Position numbers and translations under genes: made by a program. A stretch of DNA of 64,000 nucleotides. Source: an uncultured Acidobacteriaceae bacterium (GTDB lineage: Bacteria > Acidobacteriota > Terriglobia > Terriglobales > Acidobacteriaceae). Where the stretch lies: assembly GCA_963745725.1 (NCBI GenBank), contig CAVUYJ010000002.1:21964-85963 (forward strand). Reading direction: 5' to 3'. The notes beneath the pieces are model-generated. The model had not been told where the DNA came from. It saw nothing but the letters and a program-made list of their open reading frames with translations, and did no database searches. Shown piece after piece: positions 27,253 through 36,040 of the stretch; positions within the stretch are counted from its first letter, which is position 1; every line of letters starts with the position of its first letter.

Positions 27253-29940
27253 ATGGCACTCTTCCGAAGAATTCTGTCGCTGGGAAAACGTGCGGGTACG
27301 GATCGCGAGATCGATGCGGAGCTGCGCGAACACATGGCCATGTGCATCGACGACAATATGGCGCAGGGTATGAGCCGCGAAGCAGCGGAGCGCGATGCGC
27401 GCAGGCGCTTCGGCAATCCCACAGTCATGCGCGAGCGCGTCGCGGCGCAAGATACTGCGCTCGCGATCGAGAGCCTCTGGCACGATGTGCGGAGTGCCCT
27501 GCGCGTCTTCCTCAAGAACCCAGGCTTTTCATTCGTCGTGGTCGCCACGCTTGCCCTGGGCATTGGCGCCAACACCGCACTCTTCGAGCTTCTCGATGCG
27601 GTGTTGCTACAGTCGTTGCCGGTAAAGAATCCGCAGGAATTGGCGCAGGTGCGCGTCGTCGATAGGACCAAGGCTCGCGGGAGTTTTTCCAGCGGCTATC
27701 CAATCGTAACCAATCTCATCTGGGAGAAGCTTCGCGACGATCACCAGGGCTTCTCCGGAATAGCTGCGTGGCGGGGCGTCGACTTCTCGCGGGACTCGGG
27801 CGGCGATGCCCGTTTTGTGAATGGCCTCTACGTGAGCGGCGAGTTCTTCCGCGTCCTGGGCGTCAGGCCCGTTGCCGGGCGAGTCTTTACGGCGGAGGAC
27901 GACCGGCCCGGCTGCGGGTTGCCAGGCGCAGTCATCAGCTATGGCTTCTGGCAACAGGAGTTCGGCGGCCGGCCGGCGCTGGGTCAAAAGCTGAAGCTCA
28001 ACGACAAGCCCGTTGAGGTCATCGGCATCACGCCGGCGAACTTCTTCGGGGTGGCGGTTGGCAGCAACTTTGATGTGGCCGTGCCCATCTGCGCGCAACC
28101 TTACCTTGACTCGACGAACCGTCTGAACTCGAGCACCCAGTGGTGGCTTTCGATCATCGGCAGGCTCGATCCCAGATGGTCTGTCCGGCAAGTCGCGGCC
28201 CATCTTGAAGCCACCTCGCCCGGCATCTTCGCGACGACTCTGCGGCCGGATTATCCGCCGGAGAGCGTGAAGGATTATCTCGTGATGAAGCTCACGGCAG
28301 AACCTTCGGCGGCAGGCGTGTCCCTGCTGCGCGAGACGTATTCCGATCCTCTGCGGTTTCTGCTCGGGATCGCAGGCCTGGTGCTGCTGATTACATGCGC
28401 TAACCTCGCTAGCCTGATGCTGGCCCGGACGACCGCGCGCGAGCGAGACATGGCCGTGCGGCTGGCCATCGGTGCCGGGCGTTGGCGGCTGATCCGGCTG
28501 GTGCTGGGCGAGAGCCTGCTGCTCTCGATTGCAGGGGCTCTGGCCGGATTAGCGCTGGCTCAGGCCTTGAGTCGCGAACTGGTGGCCTATCTCGATATCT
28601 CTCTCGACTTCAAGCTGGACTGGCGTCTCTTCGGCTTTCTGCTCGGGATCTCCTTGCTCACAAGTCTCCTTTTCGGGTTGGCTCCGGCGCTACGGGCTTC
28701 CCGTACGGCTCCGGGTGCGGCCATGAAGGCGGGGAGCCACGGCATGACGGCAGGCCGCGGACGGCTGGGGTTTCGCGGCGCACTGGTAGTGTCGCAGGTC
28801 GCTCTCTCTCTGGTGCTGCTGTTCAGCGCGCTGCTGTTCACTCAGAGTCTGCGCAACCTGATGATCGATGACCCGGGCTTCCAGGCCAAAGGAGTACTGA
28901 TCGCGAGATTAGATTTCACGCGTCTGCAAATCCCAGTGGAACGGCGCGCTGTATTCCAGCGCCAGCTACTCGATCGCATGCGCTCCACGCCCGGTGTGAT
29001 TGAGGCAGCCAACACCAACATCGTGCCACTGGCTGGCGAGGGCTGGGGCAACGGGGTGTGGATCGCCGGCCATGACTCAACCCGGCGGGAGGACTCGAAC
29101 TTCAGCAGCGTCAGCCCCGATTACTTCAAGACGCTGCGCATTCCGATGATCGCCGGGCGCGATTTCAGTGACGGCGACACCAGCCAGTCGCCACGTGTAG
29201 CCGTCGTGAACACGGAATTCGCCAAAAAGCTCGGGCTGGGCGCAAATCCGATCGGAGCGCGCTTCTGGCGTGAGGCGACTCCGTCGCGCCCCGCGGAGCT
29301 GAACGAAATCGTCGGCCTGGTAAAAGGTACGAAATACCACAGCATCCGCCGCTCTGCCGAACCAATTGCCTATCTCGCGCTCGCGCAGGATAACGACACG
29401 GAGAACACCATGAAGGTGCTCATCCGATCCAGGCTGCCGATGGATGCAGAGGAGCAGGCGATCCGCCGCACGTTACACGACGTGAGCTCAGGAATCAGCT
29501 TCGACTTCAAAGGGCTCGAAGACGAGATTCAGCAATCACTGCTGCCGGAGCGGCTGCTGGCTACGCTCTCAGGATTCTTTGGCGTGCTCGCTGTGGTTCT
29601 TGCGATGACCGGCCTCTATGGCGTGATGTCCTACACGGTGACCGAACGGACGACCGAGATCGGCATTCGCATGGCACTTGGCGCGCAACGAACCGACATT
29701 ACGGGCATGATTCTCGGCAACGCCGCGACCCTGCTGGTCGCTGGCTTGGTGCTCGGCGCAGCCTTGTCCATCGCAGCGGCCAGCGCCGCCGGGGCGCTCC
29801 TCTTTGGATTGAAGCCGCGCGATCCGGCCACCCTCGCCGGTGCCGCGGTGCTGCTTGCTGTGGTGACCATCGTTGCCAGCATTATCCCGTCGCTGCGTGC
29901 GGCCAAAGTGAATCCGATCGACTCCCTGCGTACTGAGTAG
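27253..29940 (+). CDS. ADOP-family duplicated FtsX/MacB-like ABC permease
   Basis: 895 aa. N-terminal prefix RRILSLGKRAGTDREIDAELREHMAMCIDD, and two MacB periplasmic plus FtsX 4-TM modules (...ERTTEIGIRMALGAQR...). Immediately downstream of PadR, as is usual in Acidobacteria. Confidence 0.9.
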   Translation: MALFRRILSLGKRAGTDREIDAELREHMAMCIDDNMAQGMSREAAERDARRRFGNPTVMRERVAAQDTALAIESLWHDVRSALRVFLKNPGFSFVVVATLALGIGANTALFELLDAVLLQSLPVKNPQELAQVRVVDRTKARGSFSSGYPIVTNLIWEKLRDDHQGFSGIAAWRGVDFSRDSGGDARFVNGLYVSGEFFRVLGVRPVAGRVFTAEDDRPGCGLPGAVISYGFWQQEFGGRPALGQKLKLNDKPVEVIGITPANFFGVAVGSNFDVAVPICAQPYLDSTNRLNSSTQWWLSIIGRLDPRWSVRQVAAHLEATSPGIFATTLRPDYPPESVKDYLVMKLTAEPSAAGVSLLRETYSDPLRFLLGIAGLVLLITCANLASLMLARTTARERDMAVRLAIGAGRWRLIRLVLGESLLLSIAGALAGLALAQALSRELVAYLDISLDFKLDWRLFGFLLGISLLTSLLFGLAPALRASRTAPGAAMKAGSHGMTAGRGRLGFRGALVVSQVALSLVLLFSALLFTQSLRNLMIDDPGFQAKGVLIARLDFTRLQIPVERRAVFQRQLLDRMRSTPGVIEAANTNIVPLAGEGWGNGVWIAGHDSTRREDSNFSSVSPDYFKTLRIPMIAGRDFSDGDTSQSPRVAVVNTEFAKKLGLGANPIGARFWREATPSRPAELNEIVGLVKGTKYHSIRRSAEPIAYLALAQDNDTENTMKVLIRSRLPMDAEEQAIRRTLHDVSSGISFDFKGLEDEIQQSLLPERLLATLSGFFGVLAVVLAMTGLYGVMSYTVTERTTEIGIRMALGAQRTDITGMILGNAATLLVAGLVLGAALSIAAASAAGALLFGLKPRDPATLAGAAVLLAVVTIVASIIPSLRAAKVNPIDSLRTE

Positions 29941-30035
29941 GCAAGCAAATGAATGCGTGTCCCCTAAACTCTCCCTGTCTTCCCGTCTGAGTCGTAACTC
30001 GAGCGGAGTTTTCCTGCCTGACTCTTCAATGTCTC

Positions 30036-30404
30036 TTATGGTGATGGAGGGCCTGGCTTCTTCGCTCGACGCGAGACGAAAGTGCCGCAGTCTATATTCG
30101 TAACCGATCCAGGCTCGCACGCATCCAGCGCCTCTGCTATTTTGCCGACGTTCGGCCTGATGGATGGCCAGTGATTTGTACTTAGGAGGAGTGTCGCAAA
30201 TGAGCGCCCACGAAGCGACTGCTGGGTTTCCAGATTCTTGTCTGCGCTGATGAAGGCGCTGAAGCCTGCCTCTCCAATGAGAGCCAGAAGCTTCCCGTTC
30301 TTTACAGAAGCCCAGCCTTTGATCGGCACGGTTGTTACCGAATGATGGGGAAGGTGATCACCCACCTGTCTGGGTACACCCTCGTCGAGAATTACGCGGC
30401 TCAA
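30036..30404 (-). CDS. DUF5615-family PIN-like putative toxin
   Basis: 122 aa. MSRVILDEGVPRQVGDHLPHHSVTTV...FISADKNLETQQ. Overlaps the upstream DUF433 gene by 4 nt. Confidence 0.7.
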   Translation of the reverse strand: MSRVILDEGVPRQVGDHLPHHSVTTVPIKGWASVKNGKLLALIGEAGFSAFISADKNLETQQSLRGRSFATLLLSTNHWPSIRPNVGKIAEALDACEPGSVTNIDCGTFVSRRAKKPGPPSP

Positions 30405-30664
30405 GGTTGAAGCTGATGTTCGTGGGCTTCGCGGTAGGCGAGGACGGCTCTAATCCCTTCAACGCCACCAGGAACGGATGGAAAGCACTCCAAAGTGGCT
30501 GCAACAGCACCATCCTCGGACAGACCATCCAATTCCATAAAGGCATCCACATTCTCGACGATAGCCTCTACGGGCAGGCGCGTGCCTTTGAAGACGACGG
30601 CGCCAGACACTTTTCCTTCGATGGCTTCTAAAAGATCGCAACCCAGCCATGCATTTGTGGTCAT
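30401..30664 (-). CDS. DUF433-domain putative antitoxin
   Basis: 87 aa. GKVSGAVVFKGTRLPVEAIVENV is the DUF433 core. Confidence 0.75.
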   Translation of the reverse strand: MTTNAWLGCDLLEAIEGKVSGAVVFKGTRLPVEAIVENVDAFMELDGLSEDGAVAATLECFPSVPGGVEGIRAVLAYREAHEHQLQP

Positions 30665-30759
30665 ATGCTTAGTTTACGCTGATCTTTTGTCGCTTCAAGG
30701 CTAACTTACCGGCGAAACAACTCGTCGTCACCCCTGGCTTCGGCCGCCTCATCCCGAAT

Positions 30760-30885
30760 AAACCAAAAGTAACCCCCGAAGGGGTAAGCCCCAGAGTTAG
30801 AAAGACGTCCCGGCACTTACATCCGATCGCTACTGTCGTCGCCCCAAAGAACCCCAAAAGATCGAATTTTATGGAATTTTACAAA
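30760..30885 (-). repeat. conserved intergenic element, copy 3 (short form: both ends, minimal core)
   Basis: Shares ccaaa.gtaaccc..., ..gcacttacatc and the AT box atcgaattttatggaattttac with copies 1 and 2. It lacks the ~250-nt hairpin core. Confidence 0.45.
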
Positions 30886-30984
30886 AACCGACGGAAATAT
30901 GGGGGAGATCAAGGGCCGCATACCTGCAGCAACTCTGGGCGAAAAAGCCCCTGCTATTGCTCCTTTTCCGTTCTCACACGAACC

Positions 30985-31248
30985 TCAGCCCTCATCAGGT
31001 TTCAAACCCCGAATCTCCTCCTCCAACCGGGCATGCAATCGCTCACTAAACCCAAGCGGCAATTCAAACACTCGTTCATCCGCGGTCAAAATCAAAATAT
31101 TCCGCGTTGAATCCAGAATCGCCGAGCAAATCTCGCAATGCTCCAGATGCTTCTGCACCTGTTCCAGCACCTCCGGAGGAAGCGTCTGATCCAGATACCC
31201 GGAGATGTGCGCCCAAACATGTTTGCACTCTATGACCATGCCCACCAC
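30985..31248 (-). CDS. anti-sigma factor (zf-HC2 type)
   Basis: 87 aa. HISGYLDQTLPPEVLEQVQKHLEHCEICS. Overlaps the ECF sigma gene by 19 nt. Confidence 0.7.
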   Translation of the reverse strand: MVGMVIECKHVWAHISGYLDQTLPPEVLEQVQKHLEHCEICSAILDSTRNILILTADERVFELPLGFSERLHARLEEEIRGLKPDEG

Positions 31249-31844
31249 CTCCGTTTGGGAGCCATCTCCTTCAACTGTGGCGCCAGATTCTTCTGCAACA
31301 TCATACGAGCCCGATGCAACCGCACCTTTACTGAAGTGGCAGTGATACCCAGAACCTCGGCAGCCTCACTCACACTCAACTGCTCAATATCCCTCAACTG
31401 AAACACTTCGCGGTAGATCACCGGCAGGGCAGTAATCGCTTTATGCAACAGAGACCTGACTTCTTTCCGCTCCAGGGCCTCCGACGGTATCTCCTTCCAG
31501 TCCCGCAACAAAGCCGGCGAAGTCTGTCCCTCTTCATCCGGCTGGTCCAGCGACTCCATCTTGACCGCATCCCGCCGTCGGATGCGGCTCCGTGCCTCGT
31601 TCAACGTGATACTAACCAGCCAAGTCCCGAATTTGGCATCCCCGCGAAAGCCGGCCAGGTTGCGGAAGGCCTTCAGAAACGCCTCCTGGGCCACTTCTTC
31701 CGCATCCGCCTCGTTGCGCAAAAACGACAGTGCCATCGCATAGACCCTGCGCTCGTACGGCCGAATCAATTCATGGAACATCTGCGTATCGCCGGCCAGG
31801 ATCGAAGCGATCATGCGCGATTCATCGCGTAACTCAGTAGGCAT
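31230..31844 (-). CDS. ECF-type RNA polymerase sigma-70 factor
   Basis: Region 2: YERRVYAMALSFLRNEADAEEVAQEAFLKAFRNL. Region 4: REVFQLRDIEQLSVSEAAEVLGITATSVKVRLHRAR. Confidence 0.9.
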   Translation of the reverse strand: MPTELRDESRMIASILAGDTQMFHELIRPYERRVYAMALSFLRNEADAEEVAQEAFLKAFRNLAGFRGDAKFGTWLVSITLNEARSRIRRRDAVKMESLDQPDEEGQTSPALLRDWKEIPSEALERKEVRSLLHKAITALPVIYREVFQLRDIEQLSVSEAAEVLGITATSVKVRLHRARMMLQKNLAPQLKEMAPKRRWWAWS

Positions 31845-31856
31845 TCGGTCGTTCTC

Positions 31857-32602
31857 TTAAAGCGGCCTGGTGTCTGTGCTCAACACGCGTCCATTTCCGG
31901 GTGTTTGCGCGAACAGGATGAGATGATGCCCTTGCGTGTTCTGAAACGAAGCCGGAATCGGGATCTGCACCGTCCGCTCTCCCGCGGTCTGTACTTTGGC
32001 GACCCGCGTAATGGATCGGGCTACGGCAGACATGGGCCAGCAGTGCGCCCGGAGTTCTCCCCATGCAGCACGTTCGACCGGTCGGAGTCGTCCGCCAGCA
32101 CTGCGATCAGATCAGCTCCATGAGCCGGCAGATCGCCGCTGGTGGAAAAATTCACCGTCAATGTATTTTGGGCGACGCTCAACGACACGATATGCAGAGA
32201 CATGCGCGAACTCTCCGCGTCTTCTTTCTCGACCGCGTGCAACAACGCGGCGCGGTCGCTGCCCACAATCTGCTCCGCGCCATTGATCACCATCTGCGGC
32301 GTATACACGCCCTCCAGGTGGAATCGGTCGCCGTAGGCATTCTGCCGTTCGGTATACACCGGTGACGAGAAAGGATCAGACCACCCCAGCGAGTTCCAGT
32401 AGGTTACATGCTCGCTGATGCCCACGACCAACTGCCCAGCTCTGGTCTGGCTTCCATTTATCTGACTGAGCAAAGCATCTGCAGGCGGGCAGCTGGAGCA
32501 TCCTTCTGAAGTGAATAGCTCCACCAGCACCGCCTTTTGCGCCATTGCGCTGGTGGCCATCAGCGCCAGGATCACCACCGTGACCACTTTTCGGATGTCC
32601 AT
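31857..32602 (-). pseudogene. DUF1223 thioredoxin-like protein; one frameshift near 32030-32040
   Basis: Met at 32602, signal peptide, then ELFTSEGCSSCPPAD. The track ORF stops at 32021. A shifted frame continues as ...SAVARSITRVAKVQTAGERTVQIPIPASFQNTQGHHLILFAQTPGNGRVLSTDTRPL, as expected for the family C-terminus. The stop lies 13 nt before the sigma gene. Confidence 0.65.
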
Positions 32603-32653
32603 GAGTCTCTCCGTGCGCATGAGACGCAATCGAGGGTGGAGAGTTACAAACAC

Positions 32654-33597
32654 CTACATATTCGTGTGCCCGTGGCGCATTTCCTCGTTGAAAGTCGGTT
32701 TCGTCAGGGCGAACGCCTGCTGCAGGCGTTCGCGGAACTCGGCCTCGCGGGCGAGTAGCGCCGGGGTCGCGGCCGCAAACTCCGGGTCGTCCTCGCTCCG
32801 GGTCACCAGGCCGGCGGCGGCGAGCACCGACGCCGCGCGCACCAACTCCTCGGGAGTAGTGTTCAGATATTGCGCATCGCGCGGGTCAGCGATCCAGACC
32901 GGCTCCGACTTGCCCAGCACCCCCGAGAGCCAGAAAGCCTTGGCCAGCAAAAACCCCTGCCGGCTTTCGTCGTCGGTATCGGTGAAGAAGAACTTCTTTT
33001 GCCAGCGGCTGTAATAACGCGTAGTCACCGGTACCGGCTGGCGGTTGCCGCTCTTCAACAGTTCCAGTTGACCCTGGTCCAGGGTCTTGCGAATCGCACT
33101 GTAGATAAAGGATTCCGCGTACGGCTGCTCAGGAGCAGGCACAATCTCCGCAAAGGTCACGGTCATGCTGGCGGAGACCTTCGCGTGCAGCAGGGACTCG
33201 GTGCCGTCGGCGACGTACACCACCCCGTGCACGATATAGGTATCCGCGCCGGAAACAGAGCGGTGAAAGGGCCAACGAAAATCGGCAAACGTGATCGGCA
33301 TGCCGGCCATCGTCACGTAGGCTTCCGGCCGCGGATTGCGCAGGCGTTTGGCCGCATCGCGTAGGTGGGCCGTCATCTCCGGCAACAACTCGGGCCGATG
33401 GAAGTCGAAGTCTTCGCTCAATTCCAGCCGCAGCGTTCGCTCGGTGGGAGCATCTTTGGAAAGACCGATACGGAAGATCGCGGTAGGGCGCCCGTTGAAA
33501 TCAACCCCTTCTTCGGAGGAGAGAACGGTTAAGCCGGCTTGCTTCAGCGGCGTTGCCGACAGCGGTATGCAAAGTGGTAACGGGATTGCTAGGCATG
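32654..33597 (-). CDS. hypothetical protein (N-terminus probably frameshifted near 33530)
   Basis: The track ORF 32654..33421 frame is open upstream without a start codon. An ATG at 33597 (MPSNPVTTLHTAVGNAAEAS) in the adjacent frame would join it. No family recognised. Confidence 0.4.
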
Positions 33598-33637
33598 AAT
33601 GTACGTTCCTGCGGAAGTCTCTGTTGATTGTACCCAG

Positions 33638-34240
33638 TTACGTGGCGTTCAGGGCGAAGGCAACCAGGGTCTGGCCATGCCTGCCCGACGATTGCTCAAA
33701 CTCCTTCAGCAACTGTGCTTCCAGCCCCTCGGGGTCGACGGACATTTCGCAAGCGGCAATCTGCTCCTCGGTGGCGCCGTGATAGCAAAGCTCGCAGACG
33801 CCCAACCCCTGCTCCGAACGCACTGGGGGCCCGAAGACGCGGCAAGTCATGGGCCGGGAGAGATATAGGTCACAAAGGCCGGTTTCGGGGTCCAGCGCGG
33901 CACAGGGTTCGTCATTGGCAAAGTCCTCAAAGCGCGCTTCGGCCTCTTCGGAGGGATCCAACAATCCCGTCGCGGGGTCACCGGGGAAGTCCTTGGCCAG
34001 GCGCTCCACAGCTTGTCGAGCGCGCTGGCGAACCGAACGCGCTCGCTCCGGGTCGCTGGCACTCAACTGGTTCAGCCCCTCTCGGAGCCGGGCTGCATCG
34101 AGCTGATGGATGGCAAATACCCCCACGCAGCACTGGGTACACCCGGGCTTGCACACCAGCCATTCCCCGCTGCGCCGGGCACTGTCGGCCAGCGCAGCGT
34201 CGATAATCTGGACCAATTTGGGCTCGCCTGAGGGAAGCAT
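33638..34240 (-). CDS. YkgJ-family cysteine-cluster (Fe-S/zinc-binding) protein
   Basis: CKPGCTQCC motif plus later CxxC. Confidence 0.75.
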   Translation of the reverse strand: MLPSGEPKLVQIIDAALADSARRSGEWLVCKPGCTQCCVGVFAIHQLDAARLREGLNQLSASDPERARSVRQRARQAVERLAKDFPGDPATGLLDPSEEAEARFEDFANDEPCAALDPETGLCDLYLSRPMTCRVFGPPVRSEQGLGVCELCYHGATEEQIAACEMSVDPEGLEAQLLKEFEQSSGRHGQTLVAFALNAT

Positions 34241-34394
34241 GGATCTATTTCACTAACAAACCGCGTAATCCCGGAACCAATTCTTACGTCTATGCGATTA
34301 TGAACGGACGGTGACAAAAAAGTTACTGGCCCCGCAACTTTTGTCTGTGGTTCAACGTTAGAAGAATAGGTACATTCGCGCTTCGAGGAGCTTC

Positions 34395-34661
34395 GTGAAC
34401 AGACCGTTTCACTCCCCCCGTGTACTTCGTTCAGGGCTTTTGTTGCTAACCGTTTTGCAGATTGCTGCGCTGATGGTCGCCTTTGAACGTCCAGCCCACG
34501 CTTACGTCGATCCGGGTTCTGGCTTTGTTTTTCTACAGGTTGCGGGTTCCATGTTCGCGGGTGCGATTTACTATTTGCGCCATCGTCTCAAACGCCTCCT
34601 TTACTCGCTCCGCAGATCGCCTGGTCCTACGCAGACAGAGGTTGCAGAGAACCAGCCATGA
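34395..34661 (+). CDS. small membrane protein
   Basis: 88 aa, GTG start with GAGGAG 4 nt upstream. Two hydrophobic segments and an AYVDPGSGFVFLQ motif. Its stop overlaps the next start (ATGA). Confidence 0.55.
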   Translation: MNRPFHSPRVLRSGLLLLTVLQIAALMVAFERPAHAYVDPGSGFVFLQVAGSMFAGAIYYLRHRLKRLLYSLRRSPGPTQTEVAENQP

Positions 34662-36040
34662 GCCAGGGCACGTCGCAGCATTTCGCGACGTTTCGCGATC
34701 CTGCAGGGTCGCTGAGCATTCATGGCGAAGAGGTGTTGCGCACCGTCCACCCTCGCTACGCCGCGGAGGCTTTACGCTTCCTGCGGTCTGATTTGGCCCA
34801 CCGCTGGACCGGGGAAGGCCACCTGGTCGCAAGCTCGGTGCTGTCTGCGGAAGAGGATCAGCCCCTGCTGCTCCAGCATCCGCGCGTCTTTTTTCCTTCC
34901 TACCCCTGGGAATGGACTCCCTCGCAATGGGTTGCGGCGGGAGAACTCACGCTCGAACTATGCCACCAGCTGCTCCGAGAGGGCTGGATCCTCAAAGATG
35001 CCACGCCATTGAATATTCTTTTCGAGGGCTCGCGCCCGGTCTTTGTCGACCTGTTATCGATTGAGCGGCGCGATCCGCGGAGCCCGCTGTGGCTTGCCTA
35101 CGGACAATTTGCGCGCACTTTTCTATTGCCTCTGGCGGCCTACAAATATCTCGGCTGGCCATTGGCCGCCACACTCCATCGCCGTGACGGATACGAGCCC
35201 GCAGACCTTTATCCTTATCTTTCCAGTGTCGAACGATGGAGTGCTCCGCTTCGTTCGCTCGTTACGCTTCCTTACCTCCTGGAAACGCGCAAGCGTGGCG
35301 CGGGAGCACCTTCCAGACTGCAGCAGGAGCCGGAAATCGCAGTTGCGGTTCTGGAGCGAAACCTCAGAAGCTTTGGGAATACCCTGCGCGCGCTGCAGCC
35401 GAAAGGACGCGATTCGCGTTGGAGCGAATACCACGCCGCTGCCGATCATTACAGCGAAGACGAAAGGCGGCGCAAGCAGGAATTCGTAGACCGGACCCTG
35501 CGATTGCTACGCCCCGAATCGGTGCTCGACATCGGCGCCAACACCGGCCAGTACTCACGCATTGCTGCCGCCGCGGGTGCGCGCGTAGTTGCCTGGGACA
35601 CCGATGCTGCTTCTTCTGATCGCAACTGGAGAGAGGCCCGGGACGGCGGCCTGCCCATTCTTCCCCTGATCGCGGATGTGGCCCGGCCGACTCCCGCGGT
35701 CGGTTGGTGCAACACTGAGTCTCTCAATTTGCTGGAGCGCGCCCGCCAACGTTTCGATTGCGTCATGATGCTGGGGGTTCTCCATCATTTGCTGCTCGCC
35801 GATCAGATTCCCATGGCCGATGTGGCCGCGCTGCTGTCATCCCTCACTCGTCGCTGGAGCATCGTCGAGTGGGTCCCCAGGACCGACGTGCGCTACATCG
35901 ATCTTTGCCGCGGGCGAGACGAACTCTATGCGCATCTCGACGAAGATCTGTTTGTCGAGCAGTTTACCCGCCACTTCAACATCGTGACGCGAGAGGAATT
36001 GAGCAACGGACGAGTGCTGTTTTTGTTCGAGAAGAGATGA
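34658..36040 (+). CDS. two-domain class I SAM-dependent methyltransferase
   Basis: 460 aa. N-domain has ILKDATPLNILFEGSRPVFVDLLSIE. C-domain motif I is VLDIGANTGQYSRIAAAAGARVVAWDTD. Confidence 0.8.
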   Translation: MSQGTSQHFATFRDPAGSLSIHGEEVLRTVHPRYAAEALRFLRSDLAHRWTGEGHLVASSVLSAEEDQPLLLQHPRVFFPSYPWEWTPSQWVAAGELTLELCHQLLREGWILKDATPLNILFEGSRPVFVDLLSIERRDPRSPLWLAYGQFARTFLLPLAAYKYLGWPLAATLHRRDGYEPADLYPYLSSVERWSAPLRSLVTLPYLLETRKRGAGAPSRLQQEPEIAVAVLERNLRSFGNTLRALQPKGRDSRWSEYHAAADHYSEDERRRKQEFVDRTLRLLRPESVLDIGANTGQYSRIAAAAGARVVAWDTDAASSDRNWREARDGGLPILPLIADVARPTPAVGWCNTESLNLLERARQRFDCVMMLGVLHHLLLADQIPMADVAALLSSLTRRWSIVEWVPRTDVRYIDLCRGRDELYAHLDEDLFVEQFTRHFNIVTREELSNGRVLFLFEKR

